From NCBI GenBank assembly GCA_964493905.1, contig CAZBQA010000008.1:13802-77801 (forward strand): a DNA stretch of 64,000 nucleotides, in the 5' to 3' direction. The position numbers and the translations under genes were made by a program. Shown piece by piece: positions 44,160-52,957 of the stretch; within the stretch, counting starts at the first letter, position 1; each line of letters begins with the position of its first letter. The notes under the pieces are model-generated. The model did not search any database. It had not been told where the DNA came from and saw only the letters and a list, made by a program, of their open reading frames with translations. The stretch comes from an uncultured Prevotella sp. (GTDB taxonomy: Bacteria > Bacteroidota > Bacteroidia > Bacteroidales > Bacteroidaceae).

Positions 44160-44233
44160 GGTGTGTACGAGACTCGAACTCGTGACCTCCTGCGTGACAG
44201 GCAGGCATTCTAACCAACTGAACTAACACACCT
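44160..44233 (-). tRNA. tRNA-Asp (anticodon GTC), copy 1; CCA not encoded
   Basis: The minus strand reads GGTGTGTTAGTTCAGTTGGTTAGAATGCCTGCCTGTCACGCAGGAGGTCACGAGTTCGAGTCTCGTACACACCG. It folds as a cloverleaf with anticodon loop CTGTCAC. Confidence 0.95.
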
Positions 44234-44253
44234 TGAAATCAGCTGAGGTTGGC

Positions 44254-44327
44254 GGTGTGTACGAGACTCGAACTCGTGACCTCCTGCGTGACAGGCAGGC
44301 ATTCTAACCAACTGAACTAACACACCA
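44254..44327 (-). tRNA. tRNA-Asp (anticodon GTC), copy 2; identical 74 nt, followed by a genomically encoded CCA (44251-44253)
   Basis: The 74-nt sequence is identical to copy 1, and the downstream bases on the minus strand are CCA. Confidence 0.95.
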
Positions 44328-44364
44328 TTCTACGAAAGAATGCCTCAGTTCTGATTTGCGTGTG

Positions 44365-44372
44365 CAAAGGTA
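44365..44372 (-). promoter_or_regulatory. -7 promoter box TACCTTTG for the tRNA-Asp pair
   Basis: The minus strand reads TACCTTTG 38 nt upstream of the first tRNA 5' end at 44327. Confidence 0.55.
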
Positions 44373-44412
44373 ATCAATAATTTTATACCGGCCAAATATT
44401 CTACTTACTTTT

Positions 44413-44949
44413 TTACAAAAAAATGGCCAACAACACGGCATCATGGTATTGGTCGCCATCGAAAAGCCAGTCGTGCAACAATGCCTCGCGCACAAAGCCC
44501 AGATGATCGAAAAGCTGGAGACAATAGGTGTTGTCGACGCTCACCAGGGCATAGAGCTGATGGATGTGTAGCACACGGTGGGCATAATCGGTGAGCTGCC
44601 GGAGGGCCTCCCGGGCATATCCCCTGCCCCGATGGGGTTTCTCGATGACGATGCCCACCTCGGCCCGCTGGTGGCAGGGGTTGAAATTGCACAGGTCGAC
44701 GATGCCGACAACATCATCGTCGGGTCCGATAATCATCAGTCGCACTTGCTTGTCGACATAGATGTCTCCGGTGGCCGAAGCGATATACTCGTGCAGGGCA
44801 AAGCGCGAATAGGGCACGTTGGTCACGCCCACATTCCAGAGGTCGTTGTCGTTCTCTATGCGGTAGAGCGTATCGAGGTCCTCGGGCTCCAACGCGCGCA
44901 GTTTTACGGTTGGCATTTCGTTCATGGGTTGTTGGATGGTTATTGACAA
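44413..44949 (-). CDS. GNAT family N-acetyltransferase (RimJ/RimL-like)
   Basis: VKLRALEPEDLDTLYRIEND...AEVGIVIEKPHRGRGYAREAL...GF. The start is either 44949 or the internal ATG at 44925. Confidence 0.85.
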   Translation of the reverse strand: MSITIQQPMNEMPTVKLRALEPEDLDTLYRIENDNDLWNVGVTNVPYSRFALHEYIASATGDIYVDKQVRLMIIGPDDDVVGIVDLCNFNPCHQRAEVGIVIEKPHRGRGYAREALRQLTDYAHRVLHIHQLYALVSVDNTYCLQLFDHLGFVREALLHDWLFDGDQYHDAVLLAIFL

Positions 44950-44990
44950 TAGGATGAAGGATTGCAGGGGCTAATGATGCCGGCATGATG

Positions 44991-46187
44991 CTAACTGATG
45001 ACCTCGTGCTGCGTGATCATCATTGTCTGACTGGGATAGAACGTGGCTATGCGCATGCGGGGCGCTGTCTGTGCGGCCATCGCCTCGAGCACATGCCGGA
45101 AAGAGAACAGCTCCATGTCGAACACGGCATAGACCATCGACTGCCGTGCCTCTCCACCATAGGCGGCGTCGCCCACAAGCTCCAGCGCACAGCCGTCGCC
45201 GACCACAAACTGTGCCACGAGCCCCCGCTGACGGGCAAAGCGGCGACAGGCCTCCTCGTGATGTGGGGCGCAATGAAAAACATAGAGCGGGTCGTCGTCG
45301 GTAACGCGTCGTACAAACCCCATGCTCCGGCGCACCTTTCTGGCCATCATCGAGCAGAACGACACGCTGGCGATGCCAAAGATAGCCAGCTGCACGGGCA
45401 GGGCGATGAGCCAGCTGAGGTGGGCAAAGTGCTTGCGGAAGAAGATGAGCATGGCCTTATAGAAGACGTGTACGTATCTGAAACTCGACTTCTGGGTGCT
45501 CTCGCCCTTGTAGTGCAGAATCTTGAGCGGCAGGTACCAGTTCTCCCACCCTGCCTGGAGCAGCCGGTAGCTGAGGTCGATGTCTTCGCCGTACATGAAG
45601 AAGGTCTCGTCGAGCAGTCCCACACGGTCCAACGCCTTGCGGCGCAAGAGACAGAAGGCCCCACTGATCACCTCGATGGGGGCGGGCTTGTCCCATGGCA
45701 AATAGCTCATATAATATCTGCCAAAGGTCTTGCTCTGCGGGTATCGCGTGCCCAGTCCGCTCATCTTGTAGAAGGCCGTCATGGGTGTGGGGATGCCCCG
45801 CCGCGACTCCATAGCCGCGCTGCCGTCGTCTTTGAGCATCTGCACGCCCAGTCCGCCCGCCTGTGGATGCGCCTCCATGAAGGCGATGGCCTGGCGCAAC
45901 ACCTGTTCGCCGATGAAGGTGTCGGGGTTGAGCAACAGCACATACTCGCCCGTCGACTGTCTGATGGCCTTGTTGTTGGCCTTGGCAAACCCCAGGTTGT
46001 TTGTGCTGCTGATAAAGGTCACATCGGGAAAACGCGGGGCAAGCCATTCCACCGACCCGTCTTTTGAGTGGTTGTCGAACACGATGACCTCGCCCTCAAT
46101 GCCATCCATGGCACGTTGTACCGACAGCAGGCACTGCGACAGGTAATGCCTGACATTATAGCTTACGATGATGACCGATAGTTTCAT
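44991..46187 (-). CDS. Family 2 glycosyltransferase with a C-terminal membrane segment and an extra domain
   Basis: MKLSVIIVSYNVRHYLSQCL...VFDNHSKDGS...LLNPDT...GEDIDLSYR. The ATG at 46187 overlaps the upstream stop (ATGA). The listed ORF reaching 46643 is an artefactual extension. Confidence 0.88.
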   Translation of the reverse strand: MKLSVIIVSYNVRHYLSQCLLSVQRAMDGIEGEVIVFDNHSKDGSVEWLAPRFPDVTFISSTNNLGFAKANNKAIRQSTGEYVLLLNPDTFIGEQVLRQAIAFMEAHPQAGGLGVQMLKDDGSAAMESRRGIPTPMTAFYKMSGLGTRYPQSKTFGRYYMSYLPWDKPAPIEVISGAFCLLRRKALDRVGLLDETFFMYGEDIDLSYRLLQAGWENWYLPLKILHYKGESTQKSSFRYVHVFYKAMLIFFRKHFAHLSWLIALPVQLAIFGIASVSFCSMMARKVRRSMGFVRRVTDDDPLYVFHCAPHHEEACRRFARQRGLVAQFVVGDGCALELVGDAAYGGEARQSMVYAVFDMELFSFRHVLEAMAAQTAPRMRIATFYPSQTMMITQHEVIS

Positions 46188-46597
46188 CTTGTCTCTTGCT
46201 CGCATCGCGACTTGGAGGGATAGACAAAGACCATGCTCAGCAGTCCGATGATAGCCATGTAGCCAAAGGCCACATTCATGAAGACATAATATAATAAGGT
46301 GTTGATGAGCATGGGATCGGCAAGCAGACTCATGCGCACCACGCCCCACTGGCTCAGGGCCTGCTCGGGATTGGCCGACAGGTCGGCCTTCGCCCTCTTC
46401 AACTTGAACAAGCGCAAGGCCAGGGGGATGAAGGCTATGGTCAGCAGTTGCATGACCACGGCGGCGATGTATTCGTAGCTGGTGGCTCCGGCCAGGGCAC
46501 CCGGCAGGAGGGTGTCGGTCTCGAAGAGGGCCACCAGGAGCAGGGCCACCAGCACGGATAACCAAAAGAGCAGAAGAAGTTTTTTCTGGGATGACAT
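46184..46597 (-). CDS. Small integral membrane protein (about 4 TM segments), hypothetical
   Basis: MSSQKKLLLLFWLSVLVALLLVALF... contains hydrophobic segments, and the gene is translationally coupled to the GT2 gene. Confidence 0.7.
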   Translation of the reverse strand: MSSQKKLLLLFWLSVLVALLLVALFETDTLLPGALAGATSYEYIAAVVMQLLTIAFIPLALRLFKLKRAKADLSANPEQALSQWGVVRMSLLADPMLINTLLYYVFMNVAFGYMAIIGLLSMVFVYPSKSRCEQETR

Positions 46598-46653
46598 GAT
46601 GTGAGAGTTGTTGCTGTTGTGGTGAGAAGAAGAAGCAAGCCACGCTCGCGGCC

Positions 46654-47259
46654 TTAGGTCATCGGCGTCCGGTCGAGTATCGACCGGCCCAGCGTCACCT
46701 CATCGGTGTATTCGAGCTCGTTGCCTACGGCGATGCCGCGGGCTATGACGCTGACCTTCACCGCATAGGGCTTGAGCTGTCGTGAGATATAGAACGTGGT
46801 GGTGTCGCCCTCCATCGTGGAACTCAGCGCCAGGATCACCTCCTTGATCTGGCCCTGGGCCACCCGGTCGACGAGCGACTGTATCTCGAGGTTGCCCGGC
46901 CCTATGCCATCCATGGGCGAGATGATGCCGCCCAGCACATGATACACGCCAAAATACTGTTGGGTGTTCTCCACCGCCATCACATCCTGGATGTTCTCCA
47001 CCACGCATACCGTAGTGGCATCGCGCCTGCTGTCTGAGCAAATGGGACAGATGTCTGTGTCGCTGATGTTGTGGCACACCTTGCAATACTTGATGTCGCT
47101 TCTCACATGTCTCACAGCCTCGGCGAAGGCCTCGGCATGCTCCTGGGGCTGGCGCAACAGGTGGAGCACAAGGCGCAAGGCTGTCTTGCGCCCTATGCCG
47201 GGAAGTTTGCTGAATTCGGCGACCGCTTTCTCTAGCAATACAGAGGGGTATTGCTCCAT
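46654..47259 (-). CDS. recR: Recombination protein RecR
   Basis: [12 protein letters not shown] is the HhH motif and [18 protein letters not shown] is the zinc finger. A Toprim region follows. Confidence 0.95.
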   Translation of the reverse strand: MEQYPSVLLEKAVAEFSKLPGIGRKTALRLVLHLLRQPQEHAEAFAEAVRHVRSDIKYCKVCHNISDTDICPICSDSRRDATTVCVVENIQDVMAVENTQQYFGVYHVLGGIISPMDGIGPGNLEIQSLVDRVAQGQIKEVILALSSTMEGDTTTFYISRQLKPYAVKVSVIARGIAVGNELEYTDEVTLGRSILDRTPMT

Positions 47260-47262
47260 GGC

Positions 47263-47754
47263 CTACCTGTCGAGATAGATGCCAAAGCCTATTTTCAGTC
47301 CTACGGTAGAATAGTCAGAATGGTTCTTGAAACTCTGCTGATAGTAGACCGACGGCTCAATGGTCACCGTATGGCTGATGAAGAAGGCGTAGCCCACCTC
47401 GATGCCGGGCATGAGGTCGTTGTAGCTTGAGGAATGTACAAACTTGGCATTGGCCCCAAGGAAGATGCCGTTTTGGACGATATAATAGCGACCGCCCACA
47501 CCGGCAGAGAAATAATCTTTCAGGTCTTTGCCAGGATGATTGTACCCGGCTTCGGCAAGCAGCATGAGGTTGTCGGTAGCCAGATAGCCCACCTTGCCGG
47601 CAACACCCAGACTCAGTTCCTTGGAACCGCTGTAGCTCAGGTCGAAGCCCGACAGCGATGCACCAGCATATACCTTACCCTGCTCAAACTGTGCGCTGGC
47701 ATGAAGTGTCAGCATCAGCGCAGTTAAAAACATCACGATTTTCTTCATAGTCAT
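47263..47754 (-). CDS. Small outer-membrane beta-barrel protein (porin/OmpW-like)
   Basis: The signal peptide is MKKIVMFLTALMLTLHASAQ. Alternating beta-strand patterns are present and the ORF ends ...VGLKIGFGIYLDR. Confidence 0.75.
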   Translation of the reverse strand: MTMKKIVMFLTALMLTLHASAQFEQGKVYAGASLSGFDLSYSGSKELSLGVAGKVGYLATDNLMLLAEAGYNHPGKDLKDYFSAGVGGRYYIVQNGIFLGANAKFVHSSSYNDLMPGIEVGYAFFISHTVTIEPSVYYQQSFKNHSDYSTVGLKIGFGIYLDR

Positions 47755-47760
47755 TTAATT

Positions 47761-49275
47761 TTATTTCATACGTTTACGGTACCACAAGAAGAACCACAGA
47801 CTTGCCAACACCAACGACACCCACGAGCCGGCATAGCCCACCGTGGTGTTGAGACCAAATGCCATGGGCGAGATGAGGATGAAGGTGAAACAAATCACCG
47901 TCATGAACAGGGCCGGCACGAGTGTGATGACAAAAGGCTTCTTCTCTTCGGCGAGATACACCGTCAGTGTCCAGAGCGTGAAGACGGCCAGTGTCTGGTT
48001 GGCCCATCCAAACCACTGCCAGATGACATTGAACCCGTTGGGGTTCTCCATCTGCCATACCAGCAGGGCGATAGCCGCAACAAACATGGGGATGGCGATA
48101 TAGAAACGCTTGATGATACTCTTCTGGTCGAGGTTCAATGCCTCGGCAATGATCAGTCGGGCACTGCGGAAGGCCGTGTCGCCACTGGTGATGGGTGCTG
48201 CCACCACACCGAAGACGGCCAACAGTCCGCCGAAGAATCCCAGCCACCCGGTGCATACCTTCTCTACCACGTTGGGCGCAGTGAAATATTGGATGAGCGT
48301 CTTGCCGCCCTCAGTCTGGTACTGTGCCATAAACTGATTGAGCGTATTGGCATCCACGCACTCTTTCCAGCCTCCGTAATAGAAAAAATACATCGACACG
48401 GTGGCCCAGATGAGTGCCACCACACCCTCGGTGATCATGGCCCCGTAGAAGATGGGACGGCCATGACGCTCGCTGTTCAGACAGCGCGCCATCAGCGGGC
48501 TCTGCGTGGCATGGAAACCACTGATGGCTCCGCAGGCGATGGTCAGGAACAAACAGGGGAACAAGGGGTTGTTGGCCATGTAGGTCGAGGTGCCCAGCAT
48601 GGCGGCCGGCGTGTTGCGGTTGCTCTCGTCGAGGTTGCTCCACAACTCGGGAATATCGGGCATCTTGATGAAGAGAAACACCATCAGGGCCACGGCCATA
48701 AACAACAGGGCCACAGCAAAGATGGGATAGAGCTTGCCGATAATCTTGTCGATGGGCAGCATAGTGGCCAAGATATAATAGAGGAAGATGACAATGGTCC
48801 AACCCAAGGTTGTCCAGCCGAAGTCTTTGAGCAGCAAGGCAGGACTATAGACAAAAACCACGCCCACCATGACGAGCAGAAACACCGAGAAGCCCAGCAT
48901 CACCCGCTTGGCGCTCACCCCGAGATAGATGCCTACGAGCTGAGGCAGGCCTGCCCCCTTCTGCCGCACACTGAGCATGCCCGACAGATAGTCGTGTACG
49001 GCTCCGGCAAAGATACACCCGAAGACTATCCACAGATAAGCCTTGGGGCCATACCAGGCACCCATGATGGCACCAAAGATCGGACCTGTACCGGCGATGT
49101 TCAGAAACTGGATCATGAAGACTTTCCAGTTGGGCATCACAATATAATCGACACCATCTGCAAGGGCCACGGCAGGGGTTGGCCTGTCGTCAGGACCAAA
49201 CACTCGCTCTACGAACTTGCCATAGAACAAATAGCCTGCGATGAGTGCCAGCAGGGCAAGGGTAAACGAAATCAT
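47761..49275 (-). CDS. cstA: Carbon starvation protein A family transporter
   Basis: VMPNWKVFMIQFLNIAGTGPIFGAIMGAWYGP...AGAVHDYLSGMLS is the CstA N-terminal signature region. Confidence 0.9.
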   Translation of the reverse strand: MISFTLALLALIAGYLFYGKFVERVFGPDDRPTPAVALADGVDYIVMPNWKVFMIQFLNIAGTGPIFGAIMGAWYGPKAYLWIVFGCIFAGAVHDYLSGMLSVRQKGAGLPQLVGIYLGVSAKRVMLGFSVFLLVMVGVVFVYSPALLLKDFGWTTLGWTIVIFLYYILATMLPIDKIIGKLYPIFAVALLFMAVALMVFLFIKMPDIPELWSNLDESNRNTPAAMLGTSTYMANNPLFPCLFLTIACGAISGFHATQSPLMARCLNSERHGRPIFYGAMITEGVVALIWATVSMYFFYYGGWKECVDANTLNQFMAQYQTEGGKTLIQYFTAPNVVEKVCTGWLGFFGGLLAVFGVVAAPITSGDTAFRSARLIIAEALNLDQKSIIKRFYIAIPMFVAAIALLVWQMENPNGFNVIWQWFGWANQTLAVFTLWTLTVYLAEEKKPFVITLVPALFMTVICFTFILISPMAFGLNTTVGYAGSWVSLVLASLWFFLWYRKRMK

Positions 49276-49301
49276 CTCTAATTATCGGTTTAAAACTCAT
49301 G

Positions 49302-49309
49302 CAAAAGTA
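49302..49309 (-). promoter_or_regulatory. -7 promoter box TACTTTTG for cstA
   Basis: The minus strand reads TACTTTTG 27 nt upstream of the ATG at 49275. Confidence 0.55.
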
Positions 49310-49341
49310 ATGTTTATTTTCGAAAAAAGAAAAATTATACT

Positions 49342-49349
49342 TACCTTTG
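49342..49349 (+). promoter_or_regulatory. -7 promoter box TACCTTTG for the GHL10 gene
   Basis: The motif ends 19 nt upstream of the ATG at 49368. Confidence 0.55.
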
Positions 49350-49367
49350 TGCCAAATTTAAAAGAAA

Positions 49368-51002
49368 ATGCGTAGATTACTCCTGTTTCTCCTTCATATT
49401 TTTATTTCCCTTTCCGTTGCACAGGCCCAGATGCTGCCGGCATCGCCCAAGCATGAGGTCAGGGCAGTATGGCTCACCACCATCGGGGGCATCGACTGGC
49501 CCCACTCCTATGCCCAAAGCCAACAGGGCATCGAGCGCCAGCAGGCCGAGCTGCGGCGGTTGCTCGACCAGTATCAGCGGGTGGGCATCAACACCGTGTT
49601 GTTGCAGACCCGCATACGCGGAACGGTGATCTATCCCTCACAATACGAGCCTTGGGACGGCTGTCTCAGCGGCATCCCCGGCCGCAGCCCGGGCTACGAT
49701 GCCCTGCAGTATGCCATCGACGAGTGTCACAAGCGGGGCATGGAACTGCACGCCTGGGTGGTCACCATCCCGGTGGGCAAATGGAACAACACCGGATGCA
49801 AGACACTGCGCCAGAAATATCCCTCGCTCATCAAGAAGATAGGACCCGACGGCTATATGGACCCTGAGAACCCGGCCACGGCATCTTACCTGGCTCAGGT
49901 GTGTGAGGAGATTACCCGCAACTACGATATCGACGGCATACACCTCGACTACATCCGTTACCCGGAGACCTGGAAAATAAAAGTGTCGGGGAATCAAGGA
50001 CGGCGATACATCACGGGCATCGTCGAGGCCATCCATCAGAAGGTGAAGACGCTCAAGCCCTGGGTCAAGATGAGCTGTGCGCCCATCGGCAAGTTTGATG
50101 ACCTGAGCCGCTATTGGAGCCATGGCTGGAATGCCTACACCAAGGTATGCCAGGATGCGCAGGGATGGCTGCGCGACGGACTCATGGACGCGCTGTTCCC
50201 GATGATGTATTTCCGCGACAACCAGTTCTTCCCCTTTGCCATCGACTGGGCCGAACAGAGCCACGGACGCATCGTGGCGCCGGGTCTGGGCATCTATTTC
50301 CTCGACCCCAAGGAGGGCAACTGGCGACTGGAGGATGTCACCCGTGAGATGAGCCTCTTGCGGCAATACAATATGGGCCATGCTTATTTTCGCGGTAAGT
50401 TCCTCACCGATAACACACAAGGAATTTACGACTTCGCGCTACAGTTTGACCGCCATCTGGCCCTGGTGCCGCCCATGACGTGGGAGAACAGACAAACACC
50501 ACCTGCACCTAAGGGCATCGAAGTGTATGGCAACGGACTGAGATGGCAGGGCCATACACCTTATTATAATATATATAGCAGCAATACGTGGCCGGTGGAC
50601 ATCAGCAAGGCCGAGAACCTCGTGGCCATGCGTCGCCAGCAGTCATCCCTGTCGTTGCCCACCAAAGGCCGTTATTTTGCCGTGACCGGCATGGACCGCT
50701 ATGGCAACGAGAGCGAGCCGCTGCAGAGTTACGAGGCACCGCGCCAGGTACGGACAGACATTCCGTTGCTGGCTTGCGACAACCACCGCGTGCAGTTGCC
50801 GCCCAAGGGACATGAGCTCGACGCCGACCTCGTGGCCATCGAGACCCTGCAAGGCTCCATTGTCGCCACGCGCACCTATCGCGGCACCCATGTCGAGGTA
50901 GGCAGTCTGCCCAACGGCTATTATGTGTTGAGGTCGCTGGGGCGCAAGGGCGTTACCCACCGTCTCGGATTCTTCAAGATCGACCAGCGCGCTGTGCGCT
51001 GA
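49368..51002 (+). CDS. Glycoside-hydrolase-like family 10 (GHL10/DUF187) protein with a T9SS-type C-terminal domain
   Basis: A signal peptide is followed by EVRAVWLTTIGGIDWP...INTVLLQTR...CHKRGMELHAWV...DGIHLDYIRYP. The C-terminus reads LPNGYYVLRSLGRKGVTHRLGFFKI. Confidence 0.82.
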   Translation: MRRLLLFLLHIFISLSVAQAQMLPASPKHEVRAVWLTTIGGIDWPHSYAQSQQGIERQQAELRRLLDQYQRVGINTVLLQTRIRGTVIYPSQYEPWDGCLSGIPGRSPGYDALQYAIDECHKRGMELHAWVVTIPVGKWNNTGCKTLRQKYPSLIKKIGPDGYMDPENPATASYLAQVCEEITRNYDIDGIHLDYIRYPETWKIKVSGNQGRRYITGIVEAIHQKVKTLKPWVKMSCAPIGKFDDLSRYWSHGWNAYTKVCQDAQGWLRDGLMDALFPMMYFRDNQFFPFAIDWAEQSHGRIVAPGLGIYFLDPKEGNWRLEDVTREMSLLRQYNMGHAYFRGKFLTDNTQGIYDFALQFDRHLALVPPMTWENRQTPPAPKGIEVYGNGLRWQGHTPYYNIYSSNTWPVDISKAENLVAMRRQQSSLSLPTKGRYFAVTGMDRYGNESEPLQSYEAPRQVRTDIPLLACDNHRVQLPPKGHELDADLVAIETLQGSIVATRTYRGTHVEVGSLPNGYYVLRSLGRKGVTHRLGFFKIDQRAVR

Positions 51003-51003
51003 C

Positions 51004-51483
51004 TCAACGCATGTTGGCGTCGATGAACGACAGCGGCAGCAGGTCCTTGATGCTCTTGATGCGGTAGACACCACGCTTGCCATAGAGCAGGATCTGCATG
51101 GGGCGTTTGTAGCGGTCTTCCACCTCAAGCACCACCTGGCGGCAGGCCCCGCAGGGGGTCACAGGGTCGTTGAGCAATCCATTGTCGTTGCTGGCCGCAA
51201 TGGCCATCATCGTGATGGGCTGGTCAGGATAGTTGGCCTGGGCCGCGAACACGGCCGTGCGCTCGGCACACAATCCGGAGGGAAAGGCAGCGTTCTCTTG
51301 GTTGGCGCCAATGAGCACCTTGCCATTCTCCAGTCGCAGGGCGGCCCCTACGCGAAAATGACTATAGTTGGCGTAGGCGTGCTTGGTGGCCTCAATGGCG
51401 CGCAGCACCAGCTCACGCTCTTCGTCGCGCAACTCGTCCATGGCACAAAAGTCCATGTTGATCTCTACTTTGATTTGCTTCAT
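51004..51483 (-). CDS. cdd: Cytidine deaminase
   Basis: The zinc motifs are CAERTAVF and PCGACRQ. Confidence 0.92.
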   Translation of the reverse strand: MKQIKVEINMDFCAMDELRDEERELVLRAIEATKHAYANYSHFRVGAALRLENGKVLIGANQENAAFPSGLCAERTAVFAAQANYPDQPITMMAIAASNDNGLLNDPVTPCGACRQVVLEVEDRYKRPMQILLYGKRGVYRIKSIKDLLPLSFIDANMR

Positions 51484-51485
51484 AT

Positions 51486-52940
51486 CTATTGGTTCAAGGT
51501 TCCACTTTTTCTATATTCGTAAGCCCCGAGGTCGGGTGCCTCGTCGCGCGGCTTACCGTCGCGGTCGTCGGGCAATGCCGTCAGCGGGTCGGCCTTGCCT
51601 ATGGCGGCCGAGGTTTCCTTCAGTCGGAAGTCGTACCGTAGGTTGTCGGTATCGATGCGCACAAAGTGCTTCTCGCCATACTTCACCGTATCTTTCACAT
51701 CCTCGTATGTCACCTGTGTGAAACGCGTGCTGTCGGCCGTTGTCACCTTCGGCGTGCGGATTATGCAATGGTCGAAGGCATAGGAGAACCGCCGCGTAGA
51801 GTCGATGCCCCACTCTCCCATCATGATGTCGTCGGCATAGCCGGTGAGAAGAGAGTTGCGCACCGTGAGGTTGAGCAACGGGTGCAGGGCTGTGAAGCGC
51901 AGGGCTGCCCCGCGGTTAGCGTCGAAGGGGTAGAACTGTGCCCAGGTGCAGTTGTCGGCGGTGACATCACCCCCATCGATACGCACACAGTCGTTCAGCG
52001 TATTGGTGACCTGGGTGTTGCGTATGACCAGTTGGCTGTTTACCGCATGGAGGCCATAGCCCTGACAGTTGTGTATCGTAGCATATTCGAGGGTGAGCTT
52101 CACCCGACTTACATCCGACGAGTCGGCCACCACCCCATGGTAGGTGCTGTGGATGTCGGTGAAACGAAGGATGTTGCCGTATGAAGTGCCCAAAAGATGT
52201 ATGCCCTGCCACTGTCCCGGCACATAGTCGTAAGGCAGATAGTCGAACATCTTGTCGATGCGGTCTCCGCGAAGGGTGACCGGAGCCTCGGCGGTGCCTT
52301 GGCTCAGCAACCTGCCATGGACGGCGATGCCTGCGTCGTTGTGGAAATAAAGTGTGGAGCCGGCGGCCAGCGTCAGGGTAGCACCCTCGGCCACGGTGAT
52401 ACCGCCATAGATGATGTAGGGCCGTGCCCCCGTCAGCAGGGTCGAGTCGGTCTTGATCTGCACGTCTCTCAACAGCGTGGCATCCCAGGTATAGGCGCGC
52501 AGGGGAATGCGCTGCTGCACCCCGCTCTCGAGCGTGAACACCAGATGGTCTTCCAGCAACTGAGGGCCTTCGGCATGATTGACCGGCGAGGTAAGCTCGA
52601 CGAATACCCGCACACTGTCTTTGTCGCGCACCTCAATCGCCGAGGTGGCATAGTTCTGTGCCTCACTCAGATATATCCCGTCGACGTTGACCCTGAAGCC
52701 TGTCGTTGCGCCCTGCTCCAGCCGCACGCTCGAACAACGCAACCCTTCGCCAGAGTGGTTGTACACCCAGAAGAAGCGGGTTGCGGTAGGAACATTCGAG
52801 AACACGGTATCCATCTTGACCGTGTCGGTCGAGAAGCTAAGCACGTTGGATGTCGATGTCGTGAAACTATCATTATCCGAACAGGCTGTGAGGATGCCGA
52901 GCGCCATGACGCTCCAAAAAAGCAATAGTTTCGTCTTCAT
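51486..52940 (-). CDS. Lipoprotein with a probable right-handed beta-helix region, hypothetical
   Basis: The lipobox is LGILTAC. Repeated ...N..I... beta-helix-like segments are present. The gene is coupled to cdd (a 2-nt gap). Confidence 0.7.
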   Translation of the reverse strand: MKTKLLLFWSVMALGILTACSDNDSFTTSTSNVLSFSTDTVKMDTVFSNVPTATRFFWVYNHSGEGLRCSSVRLEQGATTGFRVNVDGIYLSEAQNYATSAIEVRDKDSVRVFVELTSPVNHAEGPQLLEDHLVFTLESGVQQRIPLRAYTWDATLLRDVQIKTDSTLLTGARPYIIYGGITVAEGATLTLAAGSTLYFHNDAGIAVHGRLLSQGTAEAPVTLRGDRIDKMFDYLPYDYVPGQWQGIHLLGTSYGNILRFTDIHSTYHGVVADSSDVSRVKLTLEYATIHNCQGYGLHAVNSQLVIRNTQVTNTLNDCVRIDGGDVTADNCTWAQFYPFDANRGAALRFTALHPLLNLTVRNSLLTGYADDIMMGEWGIDSTRRFSYAFDHCIIRTPKVTTADSTRFTQVTYEDVKDTVKYGEKHFVRIDTDNLRYDFRLKETSAAIGKADPLTALPDDRDGKPRDEAPDLGAYEYRKSGTLNQ

Positions 52941-52957
52941 GGTAGAAACAACGCGCC

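Noticed and set aside
46188-46643. An N-terminal extension of the GT2 ORF (the listed ORF 44991-46643, 550 aa).
   Set aside because: The extension overlaps a convincing 4-TM membrane-protein ORF (46184-46597) in another frame. The GT2 family N-terminus MKLSVIIVSYN starts at 46187 with an ATGA overlap.
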